Positions 58,216 to 64,000 of a stretch of 64,000 bases of DNA are shown one piece after another; positions within the stretch are counted from its first letter, which is position 1, and each line of letters starts with the position of its first letter. The stretch is from the IMG/VR virus record IMGVR_UViG_3300044993_000765, positions 11,954 to 75,953 of that record. One strand, given 5' to 3'. The position numbers were made by a program, and so were the translations under genes. The stretch is from a virus. The notes under the pieces are model-generated. The model searched no databases. It worked only from the letters and a program-made list of their open reading frames with translations, and was not told the origin of the DNA.

Positions 58216-59085
58216 TCATCGCCCAAGTCGCGCGGAGAACCGCTGCAGCGCATGCCGCTCCAACTCTCGCAACAGCGACAGTTCGCGCTCATGCATCGCA
58301 TTGACCCACAGCCGATAGAATTCCGCCCGCACGCCGACCGCTTTCGCACGGCGTTTGTAGGACCACGCTGCCGTCCCCCCGCCGTGACACCCCTCGCAAG
58401 CGCAAAGGTCTGCGCAGACCTTGCCCCTCGATTCGGGATCGGCCTTCAGGCGCAGTAACTGCCCACGCCCTTTGCAGATCTGACAGGGGTTCGGTTGCGC
58501 GTATTCGGCCAGGATCGCCCGCGCCACGGCCTCCCAGAACTCCGTTTGCGCACTGCGGGCCCCGAGCGCCGCCGCAGCTTCCGGAGAAGCCGCCATGCAC
58601 GCCAGTGCCTGTCTGCGGGCGCGGGCGGCCACCAGCGCCACCAACCGGCGCTTGCGGTCGTGCTCGATCGGCTGCACACCCTGTCGGCAAGCCTCCACCC
58701 GTCTTGCAGCCGATGATTCGTGCGGCGGTCGCTTCCTGCTGACCCTCTCGCGAGCCGTGGCCGTCGTCGGGCTGCCCGTCATCGGTGTGCTATCCGCTGC
58801 GACCTTGCGCGCCTGCGGGCCCTCGAACGTCTCCGGCCAGTGACGCAGGCACAGGACTTCCACCGCAAGCCGATCGTGGACACTGCCACGCGCCGCGAAG
58901 CCCAGCGCCGCTGCGATGTCCTGTGGCGTAAGCGCGGGGATGCCACCCTGCCCTGGCAAGCGCGGCATCGACTTCGGCGCCAGACGCGCCAACAGTCTCG
59001 CAGCACTTCCCAGGCGTCCTTCCTCCGTATCCCTCGATCCAATACTCACGCGACAGCTCCATCGTTCGGATCTGCGTCCGAGCAA
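58216..59085 (-). CDS. Q-like late antiterminator
   Basis: LTPQDIAAALG; CQICKGRG and CEGCHGGG zinc finger; upstream of the lysis genes. Confidence 0.7.
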   Translation of the reverse strand: MLGRRSERWSCRVSIGSRDTEEGRLGSAARLLARLAPKSMPRLPGQGGIPALTPQDIAAALGFAARGSVHDRLAVEVLCLRHWPETFEGPQARKVAADSTPMTGSPTTATARERVSRKRPPHESSAARRVEACRQGVQPIEHDRKRRLVALVAARARRQALACMAASPEAAAALGARSAQTEFWEAVARAILAEYAQPNPCQICKGRGQLLRLKADPESRGKVCADLCACEGCHGGGTAAWSYKRRAKAVGVRAEFYRLWVNAMHERELSLLRELERHALQRFSARLGR

Positions 59086-59672
59086 TCGCTCATCGGAGTC
59101 GATGTCCGCTCCGCGTTCGGAAGGTAGCGCTCGATCAAGTCGGAGATGTCTGTCATGGCTTGTTTCCGTCCGTCTCCGGCGCCTGCGGACGCAGAAACTA
59201 CGGCGGCAGATCGAACGGGGGCGGGCGCGCGCGCAGGCGCGCGAAAGCTTTTCTTATCCATATTTATAACCCTTTCCGTGTCCCGTTCCAGGGACACTTG
59301 CGGCATATTTTCGGGACGCTTATCGTCGTTTTTCGGGCGTCTTTTCTTCGCTTGCGAATAGCCCTGTGGAAGACGTGTGGATATCTTCGCGCGCATGTGC
59401 AATCTGTACACAATCACCTGTCGCGTCACACCCATGCGCCGACCGGTGTCGGATAACAGCCCCCATCGTTCAAGTTTGTCCAGATTGGCGATGATCGTCT
59501 TGCGGTTCTGCCCAGTGACGGCAGCCAGATAGCCGACCGACGGGAAGCATTCGAGCTTCTGGGTCTTCGTCAGTCGCGACATGAACGACAGCACGATCAA
59601 CAATGCCTTGGCCGATGAAGTGCGCGGAGGAAGGGGTAGCGACATTGCCCAAGCGACGGCGGTTGTACTCAT
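59046..59672 (-). CDS. HTH replication-initiator-like protein
   Basis: MSTTAVAWA...CFPSVGYLAAVTGQNRKTI. Confidence 0.75.
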   Translation of the reverse strand: MSTTAVAWAMSLPLPPRTSSAKALLIVLSFMSRLTKTQKLECFPSVGYLAAVTGQNRKTIIANLDKLERWGLLSDTGRRMGVTRQVIVYRLHMRAKISTRLPQGYSQAKKRRPKNDDKRPENMPQVSLERDTERVINMDKKSFRAPARAPAPVRSAAVVSASAGAGDGRKQAMTDISDLIERYLPNAERTSTPMSDCSDADPNDGAVA

Positions 59673-59771
59673 GGGGAAAGGCTCGAATTGAACAGAATTG
59701 AAAACGCGGGCATGCGTCGAGCCGCTGCAGCGGCAAGGCGCCACAGGCAGGACAACGAACGAAGGGCGAAA

Positions 59772-60041
59772 TCAGTCCGACTCGGGAGGCGCGCGCGCAG
59801 AGAGCCGCGAGCGCATTTCGATCAACGTCATTCCTGTGTCGGGGTCGACGATGTATTCACGCGCGATCGGCATTCGGTCAATCAGCCGTCGCGCGTACAA
59901 CTCCGGCACGAACTCGCCCCAGGTTCTCGGCAGGAAGCGCGAGACATGGAAGGCACGCGCGAGTGCGGCATGATTGATTCGCCCCCTCTGGGTAGTAGCG
60001 CCGACCAGGCGGGCGGCATCGCAAAGACGAATTCTCAACAT
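59772..60041 (-). CDS. Cro-like protein
   Basis: AALARAFHVS....TWGEFVPELYARRL; divergent from the repressor. Confidence 0.65.
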   Translation of the reverse strand: MLRIRLCDAARLVGATTQRGRINHAALARAFHVSRFLPRTWGEFVPELYARRLIDRMPIAREYIVDPDTGMTLIEMRSRLSARAPPESD

Positions 60042-60127
60042 GCAACATGTATAACTTTTTACACTAAACCTATGCAATAGGGTCGAAAAATGGTATTTTC
60101 CGCACTCTTCCGCTGGGGTGCTGAACA

Positions 60128-60534
60128 TGAATCATCTGAGCGAACGGATGAAGCATGCGCGTGTGTCGGCCGGGTTGACGCAGGGAGAACTGGCCGAGTT
60201 GATTTCAAAGATCACTGGTAAACCGGTCCTCAAAGGCACGGTATCGGCGTGGGAGAATGGACGAGTCGCCAGCCCGTCGGCTGCGGCGTTGATTGCGGTG
60301 CAGTCGGCGACCGGGTTTCGAGCCGACTGGATACAGAACGGCACACTCCCGCAGAAGGTCGAGCAACCCAGGTCGAAACGCGCGCAGACCGCGTCAACGC
60401 CGCTCGACAAGCAGGCGCTGCTCAGCGCCATCACGGATGTCCTGTCAGTCGAGCAAAGGCCCGAGAAGGCGGCGTCACGCATCCTGCGTCTGTATATGTC
60501 TCGTACTGGAAAGATCACAAAACCGCCCCACTGA
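60128..60534 (+). CDS. XRE-family (CI-like) repressor
   Basis: LSERMKHAR...LTQGELA...TVSAWENG. Confidence 0.85.
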
Positions 60535-60649
60535 TCGCACGAGGCGTCATATCCGGCTCAAACAAGCCCGATGGCAAATACCATGCGGCGGACGCTTGCG
60601 CGCTCGCGCGGAAAGTGGTATCAAATCACTGGTCTAATTATTTATACCT

Positions 60650-61033
60650 GTGAAAATACATATGCCGAAACTTCCCAACCTCCATCTTCATCGTCTGCTG
60701 ATTGACGATACGGCCTTACCGCTCGTGGTGAAGGCCCGCTCACTCACAGCGGCCCGCGACCACTTCATCGAGCATCATCTGAAAGTCGAACGCCTGACTC
60801 CAGAAGAAGCGTTCAATGCAGGCGTCGTCGGCGCGGCCTACGAAACGGCCGGCGCCACAGCAGACGCTACTGATGCTGCGACTCCCGATCGCTCATCCGA
60901 ACCGGGGCTGTTCGATTCGCCTTCAAACGGCGCCCCACCGTCAACGACAGGCGAATCGGACGCAGATTCCCGTCCGATCGACGGCAACGGCCCAGGCTAC
61001 GCTGCGGCATTGTCGGAAGCAGCGACGCTATGA
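60650..61033 (+). CDS. Phage hypothetical protein
   Basis: ORF in the early operon. Confidence 0.55.
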   Translation: MKIHMPKLPNLHLHRLLIDDTALPLVVKARSLTAARDHFIEHHLKVERLTPEEAFNAGVVGAAYETAGATADATDAATPDRSSEPGLFDSPSNGAPPSTTGESDADSRPIDGNGPGYAAALSEAATL

Positions 61034-61251
61034 GTCCGCCTCGCTGCGCTCAAGTCTTGTGCGGAGTATCAATCCTGCGTTCGGCGATCTTCATTCCCAT
61101 CGAGATCGCAACCGGCGCTTACGCCTACGCGGCTATCCAGACAGGACTGCTCGCAGCGGGCATCGTGCTATATACGATCTTCGCGTGTTCCATCACGAGG
61201 GCACAGGGATTGCTACCGCCACCGGTCGCAGATTCAACTCGCGTACCCTGA
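61030..61251 (+). CDS. Small membrane protein
   Basis: ATGA coupling; hydrophobic. Confidence 0.45.
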   Translation: MSPPRCAQVLCGVSILRSAIFIPIEIATGAYAYAAIQTGLLAAGIVLYTIFACSITRAQGLLPPPVADSTRVP

Positions 61252-61308
61252 AATTCTCACGCCTTCGAATTCTCTATGTTGACTTCGTTCGACACGGCAT
61301 AGCACATC

Positions 61309-61518
61309 ATGCAAGAAGAATTGTTCCAGGAGCGATGCCTCACGCTCGAAGATGTCGAGAAGCGCGTCGCCCGCAAGAAAAGCTGGATCTACCAGCAGAT
61401 CAAAAGGAAACGGTTTCCTGAACCCGACAGCGGGCGATGGTACGAATCCGAAATCAACGCCTACCTGCATGCACGGCGCAGCGGCAGACTCAGCGGCAGA
61501 AAGTCCTATATGCCATGA
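61309..61518 (+). CDS. AlpA-like DNA-binding protein
   Basis: KKSWIYQQIKRKRFPEP...RWYESEINAYL. Confidence 0.75.
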   Translation: MQEELFQERCLTLEDVEKRVARKKSWIYQQIKRKRFPEPDSGRWYESEINAYLHARRSGRLSGRKSYMP

Positions 61519-61811
61519 CAGGCACACTTGCTCACCCCGGCAGCATGACCGAGTCGCGCACACTTTTTTTCCTCATGGCAGAGTTTGGCACTGGCCATAT
61601 TCCTCTCGCCAAATGCGCACATCACTTCGGGATGTCTGTCGACGAAGCGAAGAAGGCCGCGACCAGGCAATCGCTGCCGGTCCCCGCCTTCAGGCTTGGC
61701 TCACAGAAGTCGCCCTGGCTGATCTCGGCAGAACACTTGGCCAACTATATCGACGAGAAGCGAAAGATCGCGGAGAGCGAATGGGAGCGAATCAACGCCG
61801 CGGCTTCTTGA
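61515..61811 (+). CDS. Pyocin activator PrtN-family protein (likely recombination directionality factor)
   Basis: TLFFLMAEFG...LPVPAFRLGSQKSPWLI...LANYID. Confidence 0.85.
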   Translation: MTGTLAHPGSMTESRTLFFLMAEFGTGHIPLAKCAHHFGMSVDEAKKAATRQSLPVPAFRLGSQKSPWLISAEHLANYIDEKRKIAESEWERINAAAS

Positions 61812-62880
61812 CCCTCTTCTCGTTCACGGTGAAATCTGGAACATCGTGCGGCTTCAAGTGCGTATACCGCTTCAGCGTCTGCCATGACTCGTGCAGCGTG
61901 AAATGCACGACCTGCGGAATGTCGTAACCAGCCTCGAAGAACCTCGATGTCGCTTCATGCCGCAAGTCGTGGAAATGTAGATCTTCGATTCCAAGGATCG
62001 GCATTGCGCGCGTAAATGCCGCACCGATCGATTTCGGGTTATAGGGAAAGACTCTCGGCTCGCCTGGCTTTTTCGGCTGGGCATCTATGATCGCCCAAGC
62101 TGTTGCTAGCAGGCGGAATTCCCTGTCGTTTCCGATTTTCTCCGTGGGATGCTTCACGTTGCGCAGCAGCGCGGTTCCCTTCTTTCGGTCAAGATCGCTC
62201 CAGAGTAAGCGCGTGATCTCTTCTTCGCGCCGTGAAGTAGCCAGCGCGAAGAGAACGATATCGCGCATCGGGATCCTGGCGCTTCTACCCCTTGTGGCGA
62301 AATGCTTGAGAATTCTCGCCTCCTCCCCGTCGCGCAAACGGCGGTCCCGCTTTTTGGGTTTCGCGATGATTCTTGACTGACGGAGATACTCGGCCGCGCG
62401 GTTCAACGCATCCGTTGGTACCGGACATCCCAGGACGGCATCTGCGGCACGAAATACCTGCCGGAACCAAATCAAGTCATTGGAGGCTGTCGCCGGACCG
62501 GCTCCTTCATTGCGCCGCCATTCGGTGTACCCGATGAAGTCGGCGCGCGTGAGTTGATCGGCCCTTTTGCCCGCGAGAGGGCCGGCCTTCATCCGCGCCA
62601 GATCGGCGCGCTTGGTCCTTCCCCAGGGTTTGTCCGGTCGCTCGCGGCTTTGGTACCACTCAATCATCTGTTCAATCGTCATCCGACGACCTACCACCTC
62701 GCCGCGGGAACGCTGCGCCTGCAATTCGGATTCTCGCCGTGTCATCCACTCGCGTGCTAACGCTTTCGTACCGAACGTCTCGGCTTCCGTATGCACGAGT
62801 CTGCCGTCCCGCTTGAGCCGAATCTGGGCGGTGTATCCTGTTGTCCCATTGCTCCGACGACGTGCTGTGATGGTTCCCAT
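61792..62880 (-). CDS. dusA-associated tyrosine integrase
   Basis: MGTITARRR...YTAQIR; HFHDLRHEATSRFFE, LKRYTHL; divergent from dusA. Confidence 0.92.
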   Translation of the reverse strand: MGTITARRRSNGTTGYTAQIRLKRDGRLVHTEAETFGTKALAREWMTRRESELQAQRSRGEVVGRRMTIEQMIEWYQSRERPDKPWGRTKRADLARMKAGPLAGKRADQLTRADFIGYTEWRRNEGAGPATASNDLIWFRQVFRAADAVLGCPVPTDALNRAAEYLRQSRIIAKPKKRDRRLRDGEEARILKHFATRGRSARIPMRDIVLFALATSRREEEITRLLWSDLDRKKGTALLRNVKHPTEKIGNDREFRLLATAWAIIDAQPKKPGEPRVFPYNPKSIGAAFTRAMPILGIEDLHFHDLRHEATSRFFEAGYDIPQVVHFTLHESWQTLKRYTHLKPHDVPDFTVNEKRVKKPRR

Positions 62881-62920
62881 GGTGCTACATGGCTATTTCG
62901 GTAGCACGGATTGTAGCACC
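62881..62920. promoter_or_regulatory. Inverted/direct repeats between int and dusA, probable integrase arm sites
   Basis: ggtgctaca...tgtagcacc palindrome with an internal gtagcac. Confidence 0.55.
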
Positions 62921-62962
62921 AAAAGCCCCGAAACGCCGAAGAACTCGCGAAAATCCCCTCGA

Positions 62963-64000
62963 ATGCCAGACCCGCATAGCAGCATGAAAAACGCGAAGAA
63001 CAGCGGAAATCTCTTCAATCCCGATGAGATTCGTCTGTCCGTCGCCCCGATGATGGACTGGACCGACACCCACTGCCGCAGCTTCCATCGCGTGCTCGCG
63101 CCGCATGCGCGGCTCTACACCGAGATGGTGCATGCGAACGCGGTGATCCACGGCGACCGATCGAAACTGCTGGCGATGGATCCGTCCGAACATCCGGTCG
63201 CGCTGCAGCTCGGCGGCAGCGATCCGGCCCTGCTGGCGCAGGCGGCGCGGATCGGCGCCGAGCAGGGTTTCGACGAGATCAATCTCAACTGCGGCTGTCC
63301 CTCCGACCGGGTCCAGGCCGGACGTTTCGGCGCCTGTCTGATGCGCGAGCCGGCGCTGGTCGCCGATTGCGTCGCGGCGATGATCGAAGCGGTGCCGGCG
63401 ACGCCGGTCACGGTGAAATGCCGGCTCGGCGTCGACGACGATCACGAATGGGAGCGCTTTCTCGACTTCATCGATACGATCGCCGCCACCGGCTGCGGCA
63501 TGTTCGTGATCCACGCGCGCAACGCCTGGCTGCAGGGCCTGTCGCCGAAGGAGAATCGCGAAGTGCCGCCGCTGCGCTATGACTGGGCCTACCGGCTCAA
63601 GCGCGAGCGTCCGCAGCTGCAGGTGATCGTCAACGGCGGCATCGCCGACTTCGCCGAAGCCGGTGCGCATCTGCAGCACACCGACGGCGCGATGCTCGGC
63701 CGCGCGGCCTATCACGACCCGTATCTGCTGCACCGGCTCGACGCCGCGTGGTGGAGCGGCGCGGTGCGCGACCGCGCCGAGCTGCTGCGCGCATGGCGGC
63801 CGTATGTCGAAGCGCAGCTCGCGCGCGGCACCCAGCTCAAGCACATGACCCGGCACATCCTCGGCTTGTTCCAGGGCCAGCGCGGCGGACGCGCGTTCCG
63901 GCAGATCCTCAGCGAAGGCGCGCATCGCGCCGGCGCCGACTGGTCGCTGATCGAACGCGCCCTCGCCGCCACCGGCCCGGCGCACGAGCGTGCCGCCTGA
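62963..64000 (+). CDS. dusA: tRNA-dihydrouridine(20/20a) synthase; 5' end probably supplied by the prophage
   Basis: SVAPMMDWTD, NLNCGCPSDRVQ.G.FGACLM, HARNAWLQGLSPKENR. Confidence 0.96.
   Translation: MPDPHSSMKNAKNSGNLFNPDEIRLSVAPMMDWTDTHCRSFHRVLAPHARLYTEMVHANAVIHGDRSKLLAMDPSEHPVALQLGGSDPALLAQAARIGAEQGFDEINLNCGCPSDRVQAGRFGACLMREPALVADCVAAMIEAVPATPVTVKCRLGVDDDHEWERFLDFIDTIAATGCGMFVIHARNAWLQGLSPKENREVPPLRYDWAYRLKRERPQLQVIVNGGIADFAEAGAHLQHTDGAMLGRAAYHDPYLLHRLDAAWWSGAVRDRAELLRAWRPYVEAQLARGTQLKHMTRHILGLFQGQRGGRAFRQILSEGAHRAGADWSLIERALAATGPAHERAA

Larger units (their letters stand above)
1..63063 (-). mobile_element. Temperate podovirus-like prophage integrated in the 5' end of dusA; left end lies outside the window
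   Basis: Integrase next to dusA, CI/Cro pair, Q, endolysin, terS/terL, portal, capsid, injection proteins, DarB-like gene; no tape measure or sheath recognised. Right boundary approximate. Confidence 0.88.

Noticed and set aside
62567-62962. Long N-terminal extension of DusA in the ORF track
   Set aside because: Overlaps the integrase on the opposite strand; the real start is likely 62963 or 62984.
1-64000. CRISPR arrays, tRNA/rRNA genes, reverse transcriptase (DGR/retron), IS transposases
   Set aside because: None recognised by eye; a covariance-model search would be needed to exclude small ncRNAs.

Overview
Almost the whole window is a temperate, podovirus-like prophage integrated at the 5' end of dusA through a dusA-associated tyrosine integrase. 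The host is GC-rich and probably Xanthomonadaceae, inferred from XVIPCD effectors. The prophage continues past the left edge. Reading leftward, the minus strand carries cro/replication/Q, endolysin, terS, terL, portal, scaffold, capsid, head-tail and injection genes, and a giant (>2,500 aa) DarB-like methyltransferase/SNF2-helicase gene. Main observations: (1) A 16.2-kb P4/PICI-like satellite (integrase, AlpA, primase-helicase, iterons) is inserted in the Walker A codons of terL. It is flanked by a 7-bp core repeat, and precise excision restores terL in frame. (2) The phage and the satellite each carry a divergent copy of the same uncharacterised cassette: a small secreted 'KCGCPxDG' protein, a MASE1 pseudo-histidine kinase, an XRE/S24-like repressor lacking the catalytic lysine, single-chain tandem CsrA-like proteins, and an X-T4SS (XVIPCD) toxin-immunity pair. 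This looks like a mobile signal-sensing circuit coupled to antibacterial toxins. (3) Two paralogous small genes with their own GGAGG ribosome-binding sites are overprinted in another frame inside the DarB-like gene. Several morons are candidate defence genes (HEPN, zincin+HEPN, AbiGi-like). All family calls come from motif recognition by eye, not database searches.
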